Assembly: GCA_035995645.1 (NCBI GenBank)
Contig: DASYKG010000082.1
Coordinates: forward strand, 14,205-78,204
Reading direction: 5' to 3'
Length of the DNA stretch: 64,000 bases
From: Solirubrobacteraceae bacterium
Lineage (GTDB): Bacteria; Actinomycetota; Thermoleophilia; Solirubrobacterales; Solirubrobacteraceae
Part shown: positions 57,201-64,000 of the stretch, in pieces
Numbering within the stretch: position 1 is the stretch's first letter
Layout: every line of letters begins with the position of its first letter
Translations under genes and position numbers: made by a program
Notes under the pieces: model-generated
Told to the model about the DNA's origin: nothing
The model's input: only the letters and a program-made list of their open reading frames with translations
Database searches by the model: none

Positions 57201-57490
57201 GTCGTCAGCTGCAGCGTCGCCGAGCCCTTCGGGCACAGCCGACCGCGGCTGTGAGGAGCGTCGGGGTCGCCCTCGATCTGCACGACCCTGCCGTCCTTGA
57301 CGAACACGTTCTGCGCGCAGCCGACGGCGCAGTAGGGACACACCGACTTGACCACGCGATCGGCGTCGGCCGTGCGTGGGCGCAGCGCTTCTGTCGCCTG
57401 CGACTTGACGGCCGCCCCGCGCCCGAGGCTGTCCTGCCCGCGCAGCTGGCGCAGCACGGGCCAGCGCGCCGCCGAGGGAAGACGCGCCAC
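54263..57490 (-). CDS. Formate dehydrogenase alpha subunit (FdnG/FdoG-like; Cys at the Sec position; no Tat signal)
   Basis: CPYCAVGC, LCPKG, NQARVCHSST, RGHASIQGSSD; C-terminal molybdopterin dinucleotide-binding domain. Confidence 0.93.
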   Translation of the reverse strand: MARLPSAARWPVLRQLRGQDSLGRGAAVKSQATEALRPRTADADRVVKSVCPYCAVGCAQNVFVKDGRVVQIEGDPDAPHSRGRLCPKGSATLQLTTGESRERFVLYRPPHASDWERLDLQTAMDMVADKFVQTRGEGWEWESEGERTRRCMSIAALGGATLDNEENYLIKKFLTASGIVQIENQARVCHSSTVVGLGTSFGRGASSTLPGDLQNSDLIVLEGSNMAEAHPVAFQWVMEAKARGATVIHVDPHYSRTSALADMFVPLRAGTDIAFLGGIINHVLSTESDFREYVLAYTNAPTIVGEDFEDVGADGLFSGFDEEKRGYDPSSWQYEGAFVAAAAGQRDQEGNVEALAEESEGRDTDAARGHPKLDPTLQHPRCVWQILKRHYAQYTPEMVERVCGVPQDVFAKTCELFVENSGRERTTAFVHGVGWTQHTIGSQYIRAASILQLLLGNMGRPGGGVMAMRGHASIQGSSDIPTLFDTLPGYIPMPHAHRHETLDKFIAGSSARRGFWGNMRDYTVSMLKAWWGAAATAENDYRFDYLPRLTGSHSTYDTVMEQIKGTVKGYFLFGENPAVGSANTRMQRLGMSKLDWLVVRDFSLIESATWWKDGPEIESGEMRTEEIATEVFFFPAAAHIEKDGTFTNTQRMLQWHHKAQEPKDEQRSDLWFIHQLGKRVRERLAGSQEERDRPVLELTWDYPTEGEHEDPDANAVLAEINGWNADGEMLSTYTELKDDGTTSCGCWIYCGCYAEGVNQTARRKPAREQNWTGGEWAWAWPANRRILYNRASADPEGKPWSERKALVWWDAEKKKWTGHDTPDFEADKPPDYRPPDDAAGPAAIAGNTPFIMQADGRGWLFAPAGVADGPLPTHYEPQDSPVANTVYPSRQRNPARQVYEHENNRYHPDPDEPGAGVFPFVVTTYRLTEHFTAGGMSRWTPYLAELQPEFFCEVSPELAEERELEHAGWATLVSARGAVEARVMVTDRMTPLQIEGRTIHQIGLPYHWGANGYAKGDSMNELSSMALDPSSHIQEVKALSVDIQPGRRPRGEARVQLVREYRQRAGITAQTGMRP

Positions 57491-57492
57491 GC

Positions 57493-57777
57493 TCAGGATC
57501 CCGCCTGCAGCTCGCGAGCCGCGCGCTCGTGCACCCAATCGATCACCGACTGCTTGCGCGTCGGGTTGAACGGCGGCGGGTTGACGAGCTGCTGGGAGCT
57601 GCCGGGGAGCACGGGCTTGCTCGCAAGCTCCTGCGGCGTCGGCGCGTCGCTGCCGTCGGCCGGCAGGCCGGTGGCGATCATGAAGGCCTGCCCCGGCGGG
57701 ATGTGCAGGGCGCGGCCGGCTGTCTCGTAAGAGTGTCCGGCTTGGAGCAGCTCGAGAACCTGCGCGCGGGTCGCCAC
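57493..57777 (-). CDS. Small hypothetical protein coupled to fdh
   Basis: VATRAQVLELLQAGHSYETAGRALHIPPGQAFMIATG, HTH-like. Confidence 0.65.
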   Translation of the reverse strand: MATRAQVLELLQAGHSYETAGRALHIPPGQAFMIATGLPADGSDAPTPQELASKPVLPGSSQQLVNPPPFNPTRKQSVIDWVHERAARELQAGS

Positions 57778-57837
57778 GGGCCTCCTATACCCCCGGCGCG
57801 ACGCCGCGAATCGCGTCAGCACCCTTCTTCGCCAGCC

Positions 57838-58704
57838 TCATCGCCCGCTCCCGGATGCGACGGGCGGGGCGGTGTCGCCGACGCGCTGCGGGGAGCCGCT
57901 GACGCGTTGCGAGCCGGCGTAGACGTTTATGCGCCCGCGCCGAGCGAAGCCGCACAACGTCAGGCCGCGCTCCTGCGCGAGCTCGACGGCGAGCGACGTG
58001 GGCGCCCCCACGCCGACGAGCACGGGGGCGCCTGCGACGGCGGCCTTCTGCACGAGCTCGAAGGACAGGCGCCCGCTGACGCACAGGAGCGCTTGGTTCA
58101 GTGGCATGCCTCGCTGCCGCAGTGCCCAGCCGACGACCTTGTCCATGGCGTTGTGGCGCCCGACGTCCTCGCGCATGCACAGCAGCTCGCCGGCGGCGTC
58201 GAACAGCCCTGTCGCATGCAGGGCACCCGTGCGCGCGAAGCCCGGCTGCACCAGGCGATCGGGCAGGTCGGCGAGCAACGCGCGCGAGACGCGTGGTCCT
58301 GAGCTGAGCGGATCGCAGTGCACGGCGACCTCCTCGATCGCGCCCTTGCCGCAGACGCCGCACGAGGATGTGGTGTAGAAACGCCGCGCGGGCAGGTTGC
58401 GTGTCAGCGGACCGCGCACCTCGATCGCGTTGGCCGCGAGATCGTCGCTGGGCGTCGCCTCGGCCACCTCGGCGATCAACCCCTCGCCATAGAGGAAGCC
58501 GAGTGCCAGCTCCTCGTCGTGGCCGGGCGTGCGCATGGTGACCGCGACCGGCTCGCCGTCGACGCGGATCTCCAGCGGTTCCTCGACCGCGACGACGTCG
58601 CGGGCCCCGTCCCTGAGCACGTGCCTGACGGCGAGGTGGGACTCCACCTCCGGCAGCGGGGCGTCCGCTTGCTGCTGTGTCGCCGTGACGTCGTGTGCGC
58701 GCAT
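57838..58704 (-). CDS. fdhD: Formate dehydrogenase accessory sulfurtransferase
   Basis: EEPLEIR, MRTPGHDEELALGF, SSCGVCGK, REDVGRHNAMDKV, SGRLSFELVQKA. Confidence 0.95.
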   Translation of the reverse strand: MRAHDVTATQQQADAPLPEVESHLAVRHVLRDGARDVVAVEEPLEIRVDGEPVAVTMRTPGHDEELALGFLYGEGLIAEVAEATPSDDLAANAIEVRGPLTRNLPARRFYTTSSCGVCGKGAIEEVAVHCDPLSSGPRVSRALLADLPDRLVQPGFARTGALHATGLFDAAGELLCMREDVGRHNAMDKVVGWALRQRGMPLNQALLCVSGRLSFELVQKAAVAGAPVLVGVGAPTSLAVELAQERGLTLCGFARRGRINVYAGSQRVSGSPQRVGDTAPPVASGSGR

Positions 58705-58780
58705 CGCTCGTCGTCGTCAAGATTAGCGCTGCGGGCATCACGGTTTGCGCACGGCGCGGATCTGGGAATATGCCTATGCA

Positions 58781-59179
58781 GTGCCCAGGCAAAAGGACAT
58801 GTCCCTCGGCGAGGCGGCCGCCGCGATCGGCGTGAGCGTCGACACGCTGCGCCGCTGGGACGCCGCGGGCAAGCTGCGCAGCCATCGCGACGAGCGAAAC
58901 CGCCGCCGCGTCAGCGCCGCGGAGGTCGTGCGACTGTCTGACCGCCCGAAGCGCCACCGCACGCAAAGCCGTGGCTCGGCGCGCAATCGCATGACCGGGG
59001 TCGTGCGCTCGGTGGAGGTCGGCGGCGTGATGGCGCTCGTGGAGATCGAGGCCGGTCCGTACTTGCTGACGGCGGCGGTCACGCGCGATTCCGTCGGCGA
59101 GCTCGGGCTCGCGCAGGGTGTGCGCTGCACGGCCGTCGTCAAGGCGACCTCGGTGATGGTCGAGCGCGAGCAGCGATGA
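58781..59179 (+). CDS. MerR-type HTH plus TOBE molybdate-binding protein
   Basis: AAAAIGVSVDTLRRW, SARNRMTGVV, AVVKATSVMV. Confidence 0.9.
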   Translation: MPRQKDMSLGEAAAAIGVSVDTLRRWDAAGKLRSHRDERNRRRVSAAEVVRLSDRPKRHRTQSRGSARNRMTGVVRSVEVGGVMALVEIEAGPYLLTAAVTRDSVGELGLAQGVRCTAVVKATSVMVEREQR

Positions 59180-59949
59180 GACGGCCGCTGGCACCGGCGG
59201 CGCTGGGCGCGATCGTGTGCGCGCTCGCGCTGAGCGCTTGCGGCGGCTCGAAGCCGCGGCTGCGCGTATCGGCGGCGGCGTCGCTGCACCAGGCGTTCAC
59301 GCAATACGCAGCTGGCTTTCAGCCGGCGGACGTGCGCTTCTCCTTCGCGGGCTCGGACGCTCTGGCGGCGCAGATCGAGCAGGGAGCGAAGCCCGACGTG
59401 TTCGCCTCGGCCAACATGACGCTGCCGGCCAGGCTGTTCGTCGAGGGACTCGTGCGCCGCCCGGTTCAATTCGCGGCGAACAGGCTCGTGCTCGCCGTTC
59501 CCCGCGACTCGTCGATCGCAAGCCTGGCGCAGGCCGAGCGCCCGGGAGTGACGATCGCCGCAGGCACCGCGACCGTGCCCGTCGGCTCCTACACCGCGAC
59601 GGTGATCTCGCGGCTGCCGGCTGCGCAGCGCCGGCTGCTTGAGGCGAACGTCCGCGATCGCGAGCCCGACGTGACGGGCATCGTCGGCAAGCTCACCGAG
59701 GGAGCCGTCGGCGCCGGCTTCGTCTATGCGACCGATGCGCTTGCCACGCACGGCGCCGTGCGCGCGATACAGCTGCCTGCAGCACTGCAGCCGCGCGTCG
59801 GCTACGCCGTGGCGGTGGTGCGCGGCAGCGCGCATCTGCGCCAGGCCCGCGCCTTCGTCGCCGGCCTGCTGCGCGGCGCGGGGCGGGCGGACCTGCGCGC
59901 AAACGGCTTTCTCGTAGCAGCCATCCCTCCCCCTGCGTCCGGCGGGTGA
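59176..59949 (+). CDS. modA: Molybdate ABC transporter substrate-binding lipoprotein
   Basis: Lipobox LSAC, SAAASL, FAGSDALAAQIEQGAKPDVFASA, VPVGSY, FVYATD. Confidence 0.92.
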   Translation: MRRPLAPAALGAIVCALALSACGGSKPRLRVSAAASLHQAFTQYAAGFQPADVRFSFAGSDALAAQIEQGAKPDVFASANMTLPARLFVEGLVRRPVQFAANRLVLAVPRDSSIASLAQAERPGVTIAAGTATVPVGSYTATVISRLPAAQRRLLEANVRDREPDVTGIVGKLTEGAVGAGFVYATDALATHGAVRAIQLPAALQPRVGYAVAVVRGSAHLRQARAFVAGLLRGAGRADLRANGFLVAAIPPPASGG

Positions 59950-60803
59950 CCGCTCCGGCGCACGCCGGGCCGCTCCTCGGCGAGCCGCACGGCTCGCTCG
60001 CGCGCAGCCTGGTGCGTCGGTGGTGGTTCTCCGTGGCGATGGGCGTGAGCATCGCCATCGCGCTGGCTTTCCTAACGGTCCCTGTGGTGGCGATCTTCGT
60101 CGACGTCTCCCCGACTCGCCTGCTGTCGAGCCTCGGCAGCTCACAGAGCCTGCAGGCCCTGCGGCTGAGCCTGGAGACGAGCGCGATCGCGGTCGCAACG
60201 ATCGTGCTCGTGGGCACGCCCGCCGCTTACCTGCTGGCCACGCGCCGGTTTCGCGGCCAGGCGCTCGTGCTCACGCTGATCGAGCTGCCGCTGGTGCTGC
60301 CGCCGGCGGTCGCCGGCATCGGCCTGCTCGCCTCGCTCGGTCCGCACGGGCTGCTCGGCGGAGCGCTGGCTGCCGCGCACGTCCAGCTCGTGCTGCAGAC
60401 GGCCGGCGTCGTCGTCGCGCTGGCGTTCGTCTCGGCGCCGCTGTACCTGCGTCAGGCGCACGCCGCCTTCGGCGGCGTGCAGCGCGAGCACATCGAGGGC
60501 GCGCTGGCGCTTGGCATTCGCCGCCCGGCGGTGTTCCTGCACATCGCGATTCCGATCGCCCGCCCGGCGCTGCTGGCTGGGCTGGCGCTGGCCTGGGGAC
60601 GCGCGCTGGGCGAGTTCGGCGCGACATTGATGTTCGCCGGCTCCTTTCAAGGGATCACGCAGACGATCCCCCTGGCGATCTACGACGAGTTCTCCAGCGA
60701 CTTCCCCGCGGCGCTGGCGTTGTCGGCGCTGCTGGTCGCCGTCTCCGCCGCGGTGCTGCTGACGATCAAGCTGCTGTGGACACCCAGTCAGCCGCCGCTT
60801 TAG
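59946..60803 (+). CDS. modB: Molybdate ABC transporter permease
   Basis: LPLVLPPAVAGIGLL, WGRALGEFGATLMFAG, TIPLAIY. Confidence 0.92.
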   Translation: MTAPAHAGPLLGEPHGSLARSLVRRWWFSVAMGVSIAIALAFLTVPVVAIFVDVSPTRLLSSLGSSQSLQALRLSLETSAIAVATIVLVGTPAAYLLATRRFRGQALVLTLIELPLVLPPAVAGIGLLASLGPHGLLGGALAAAHVQLVLQTAGVVVALAFVSAPLYLRQAHAAFGGVQREHIEGALALGIRRPAVFLHIAIPIARPALLAGLALAWGRALGEFGATLMFAGSFQGITQTIPLAIYDEFSSDFPAALALSALLVAVSAAVLLTIKLLWTPSQPPL

Positions 60804-60846
60804 GAGATCGGGAACGTCCCCGCTCGGCGAGCCCGCTGGGCGAGGG

Positions 60847-60987
60847 CTAGAAGCGCCGCCGCCTGCGCCTGTGTCCGAACAGGCCGCCGAGAGGCAGCAG
60901 GAAGAAGAGGGGCAGGAACAGGACATGGCCGCCTGAGACGGCGAAGATCAACGCGGCAAGCGCCAGCCCGAGCAGCGCGAAGCGCAT
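60847..60987 (-). CDS. 46-aa small membrane protein (absent from the ORF track)
   Basis: MRFALLGLALAALIFAVSGGHVLFLPLFFLLPLGGLFGHRRRRRF; two hydrophobic segments and a basic tail. Confidence 0.6.
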   Translation of the reverse strand: MRFALLGLALAALIFAVSGGHVLFLPLFFLLPLGGLFGHRRRRRRF

Positions 60988-61012
60988 CTACGTCGACTCG
61001 TCAGACGGCTCG

Positions 61013-61237
61013 TCAGTCATCGGCTTTCTCCTCCCCGAGCTCCTCATCCGGCGGAACGCCGACGTCGTCGGGTGGAGCGGGGTGCGATGTCTGACCTGGA
61101 TTGCCCGACGGCGCAAGCTTCGGGGTCGCTTGTGCATTGCGCGCTCCCTCGCCACCCGCGCCCGCGGCCTGTTCGTCGACTTCGGCGTCGTCGCCGCTCT
61201 CCGGGGGGCGACCCGGGTCCTCGTCTTTGCCAAACAT
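61013..61237 (-). CDS. Small acidic hypothetical protein
   Basis: GAGGAG SD upstream; Asp/Glu/Pro-rich, 74 aa. Confidence 0.5.
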   Translation of the reverse strand: MFGKDEDPGRPPESGDDAEVDEQAAGAGGEGARNAQATPKLAPSGNPGQTSHPAPPDDVGVPPDEELGEEKADD

Positions 61238-61426
61238 GGCTCCTCCTCGGTCGATCTTCTCTCATGCGCGCACCTCGACGTCCGCCTATCGTCGGCCGGT
61301 GCCGCGACGATCCCACAGCCATTTGAGCGTCACGAGCTCGAATACTTTTTTGAACATGAACTCTCCTTTCCTCAATCGGAGAGTTACCCGCCGTCGCGCC
61401 GCCGAAGCACGATCCGATCGAGGCCG

Positions 61427-61828
61427 CTAGGGAGTGGCGGTTTCCGAGCCAGCGTGGTCCGGCGGCTCGGTGACGAAGATCTCGACGATGCGATCGGGGT
61501 CGAACAGCACTTGGCTGTGATAACTGACCACCTTTCGCCCGAGCACGTCCTCGACCCGGCGGATGAGCTCAGGCGCGATCACAGATTGGAAACGGAGGCG
61601 GTAATCGCGGACCGTGTCGTGTTCGCCTCCCCGGAGCATCGTCTGCTCGCTGCGGGTCAACCCGCCACTCATGGTGCAGAAGACGTACTCGTCGCAAAAG
61701 TAAGTCTTCGCATGCGTAGGGCCGCGACCAAAGAGCTCCTTCGTCGCCTTCACCACGACGTGCGAAACGACAGCCTGAGGCGAAAGCCCTGGGCTCCCCT
61801 CCTTCGCGGCGAGGTCGTCGTCGATCAC
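61427..61828 (-). CDS. DUF2294 family protein
   Basis: KELFGRGPTHAKTY, GGLTRSEQTM, VEDVLGRKVVSYHSQV..DPD...EIF. Confidence 0.85.
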   Translation of the reverse strand: MIDDDLAAKEGSPGLSPQAVVSHVVVKATKELFGRGPTHAKTYFCDEYVFCTMSGGLTRSEQTMLRGGEHDTVRDYRLRFQSVIAPELIRRVEDVLGRKVVSYHSQVLFDPDRIVEIFVTEPPDHAGSETATP

Positions 61829-62158
61829 AGTCAGACCCTAGCTGACTGGGCATCCCGCATACGTGCAGTCAATACGACGCTGGCTGTGTTTGCACGAGCC
61901 GACCGTTGGGTAGCGATAGGACAGGTTCGCCGGCGACAGTTTCGCGCGAACCAGTGCCAGCCAGATAGGGAATGCTCTGACGCACACCGTTGGAGAAGCC
62001 CTCTCGTTTGTTCTTCTAAAAGGGGTCGCGCGGTTCGCGCGACCTGAATCGCATGAGTACCGAGCGCCTGCAGCGCGTGATCTCGACGCCTCTGGGGCGC
62101 GGGATCTCGCCAGGCACGGACGGGCGGTGTTCGAACTTGAATCCGAGAGGAGGCAGAT

Positions 62159-62722
62159 ATGCAGCAGACAGATCAGTCACTTAGCTCAGGAGCCGATCAC
62201 GGTGGCTCGGACGCGCAGGCCAGGGCGGCCGAGGTGGCAGAACAGGCCCAGGAGAAGGCGCAGCAGGCCGCCGGACAGATGCAGGACAAGCTGCGCGAGC
62301 AGATCGATCAGCGCTCGTCGCAAGCGGCGGCGCGGATCGACGAACAGGCCTCCGACCTGCGCAGCGTCGGCGAGTCGCTGCGCGAGCAGGGCAATGAGGG
62401 ACCGGCTAAGGCCGCCGATCAGCTCGCGAAGTACGCCGAGAAGGCTGGCGGCTACCTGCGCCAGAGGGACTCACACGCGCTGCTCTGCGATGCGGAGGAC
62501 TTCGGTCGCCGCCAACCCTGGGCGGTCGCGGCGGGAGGCCTCGTGCTCGGGTTTGCCGCCTCGCGGTTTCTGAAGGCTTCAAGCAGCCAGCGTTACCTGG
62601 GTCGCTCGACCGTTCCTCAGCCCGCCGGGGTCTACTCGTCGCCTCCGGCCACGGCCGCAAACGGGATGAGCGAGTGGTCTCAGCCGAGCTCATCGGGATT
62701 CGGCTCAGGACCGGCGGTGTAG
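62159..62722 (+). CDS. Hypothetical Gln/Ala-rich helical protein
   Basis: GAGAGGAG SD; EDFGRRQPWAVAAGGLVLGFAASRFLKAS. Confidence 0.8.
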   Translation: MQQTDQSLSSGADHGGSDAQARAAEVAEQAQEKAQQAAGQMQDKLREQIDQRSSQAAARIDEQASDLRSVGESLREQGNEGPAKAADQLAKYAEKAGGYLRQRDSHALLCDAEDFGRRQPWAVAAGGLVLGFAASRFLKASSSQRYLGRSTVPQPAGVYSSPPATAANGMSEWSQPSSSGFGSGPAV

Positions 62723-62725
62723 GCG

Positions 62726-63145
62726 ATGACGCGCGAGAACATCAACGGGCTGCGCGAGCAGCCGATCGGCGAGTTGCTCAAGCAGCTCTCCGACGACCTG
62801 TCTGCGCTCGTTCGCCAAGAGCTGAAGCTCGTACAGGTGGAGATGACCGAGAAGGGCAAGAAAGCCGGCGTCGGCGTGGGAATGTTTGGGGGAGCGGGCG
62901 TGGTTGGTCTGCTCGCCCTGGGCGCGTTCACGGCGTGTCTGATCGCAGCGTTGGCGACCGGCATGGAAGTGTGGATCGCCGCGCTGATCGTGACTGTCGT
63001 CTATGCAGCGCTGGCCGGCGCACTGGCGCTGACCGCAAGGAATCGAGTCACCGAAGCAGCACCGCCGGTGCCCGAGCAAACTGTCGAAACCGTAAAGGAG
63101 GATGCGCAATGGGCCAAGACCCAGCTGCCATCAGGCAACAGATAG
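62726..63145 (+). CDS. Actinobacterial holin-like (DUF1469-type) membrane protein
   Basis: QLSDDLSALVRQELKLVQVEM, two TM helices, PVPEQTVETVKED. Confidence 0.85.
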   Translation: MTRENINGLREQPIGELLKQLSDDLSALVRQELKLVQVEMTEKGKKAGVGVGMFGGAGVVGLLALGAFTACLIAALATGMEVWIAALIVTVVYAALAGALALTARNRVTEAAPPVPEQTVETVKEDAQWAKTQLPSGNR

Positions 63146-63672
63146 AGCAAACGCGCGAGCACATGGGCGACACGGTGGATGCGCTCGGCTACAAAGCTGA
63201 CGTCCCCGCGAGGGCCAAGGACTCCGTCTCCGAGAAGGTCGACTCGCTGAGGTCGAGGATCACCGGCGTCGGCTCGCAGGTCTCCGACGCGACCCCTGAC
63301 CAGGCCGAAATCAAGCATGGTGCCGAACAGGCCGTAGGGGTGGTGCAAGCGAACCCGTTGGGACTGGCGATCGGCGCCGCGGCGATCGGCTTCCTCGCCG
63401 GGATGCTCATCCCCGGCACGAAGGTCGAGGATGAGCGCATCGGGCCAATGGCCGACCAGGTCAAGGAGCAGGCCAAGCAGTCAGGCCAGGTGGCGCTCGA
63501 CCACAGCAAGCAGATCGCTCAGGAGACCGCTGAGATTGCCGGCCAGAAGGCCCGAGAGGCTGTCGCCGAGGTCAAGGACACCGCCCAGGAGAGTGCCGAG
63601 AGTCACGCACACGAAATGAGCGAGAGCGCCAAGCAATCAGCGGAGCAGGTAAAGCGGCAGGCGACGAGTTAA
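63109..63672 (+). CDS. DUF3618 domain protein
   Basis: MGQDPAAIRQQIEQTREHMGDTVDAL; NPLGLAIGAAAIGFLAGMLIP. Confidence 0.85.
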   Translation: MGQDPAAIRQQIEQTREHMGDTVDALGYKADVPARAKDSVSEKVDSLRSRITGVGSQVSDATPDQAEIKHGAEQAVGVVQANPLGLAIGAAAIGFLAGMLIPGTKVEDERIGPMADQVKEQAKQSGQVALDHSKQIAQETAEIAGQKAREAVAEVKDTAQESAESHAHEMSESAKQSAEQVKRQATS

Positions 63673-64000
63673 ACGCGATCTCGACGAAGGGAGAGTGCTT
63701 CGAACGCGGTCGTTTGGCTCTGCCCCTCAGAACCTTCACAGACGGCATAAACGGCGCCTCTTCGGGGGTGCCGTTTGTGCGTGCGCCAGCTGATGGGCTG
63801 TCCACCTCCTCGAGCGACATGCGTAACTGAGGCGACCAGCTTGTCCCCGGCGAGACGCCGTCGCGCGACCCTCGCGACAGCGCGAACAAGTTCCTCGACG
63901 GAGCGTCACCCGCCGATGTAGGACATCTCGATCCTCGGATCGCTGCGATTCGCATGCGAATCCGCGCTCGGCTCAGAGTCGGGCTCGCCGGTCTGCTGAG

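Noticed and set aside
54263-57490. In-frame UGA (selenoprotein) in formate dehydrogenase
   Set aside because: The frame is open and the active-site codon is TGT.
62726-63145. Holin-like gene as a sign of a prophage
   Set aside because: No phage structural or lysis genes; this family sits with DUF3618 genes in ordinary actinobacterial clusters.

Overview
High-GC actinobacterial chromosome segment. The gene repertoire suggests Solirubrobacterales/Thermoleophilia (inference, not a database result). Left host block (1-15.1 kb): infC (runs off the window), thrS, IclR-type HTH, SRAP peptidase, GNAT, a divergent Stf0 sulfotransferase/sulfatase pair, oxidoreductases, PAP2, RlpA-like, and a crotonase/ADH/carbonic anhydrase/TetR cluster. 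Middle (about 15.1-46.4 kb): a decayed, rearranged double genomic island around a tRNA-Cys / S1C protease / tRNA-Val core. It carries a 3913-aa repeat-rich secreted protein with an SGNH hydrolase domain, two truncated head-to-head tyrosine integrases, several broken toxin-antitoxin loci, and an intact Druantia type II-like operon (C5 methyltransferase, Vsr, two unknown genes, a 1791-aa DUF1998 helicase, a Cas4/AddB-like nuclease) followed by a frameshifted DUF3578-HNH gene. A 43-bp copy of the tRNA-Cys 3' end and a 12-bp copy of the tRNA-Val 3' end lie on the opposite sides and in inverted orientation, pointing to an inversion of the core. A 41-bp exact inverted copy of a host GNAT segment sits inside an island ORF. 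Right host block (46.4-64 kb): MMPL with a two-component system, FAH, GST, Cys-type formate dehydrogenase with FdhD and ModAB, and a general-stress-type cluster. No CRISPR array or rRNA seen.
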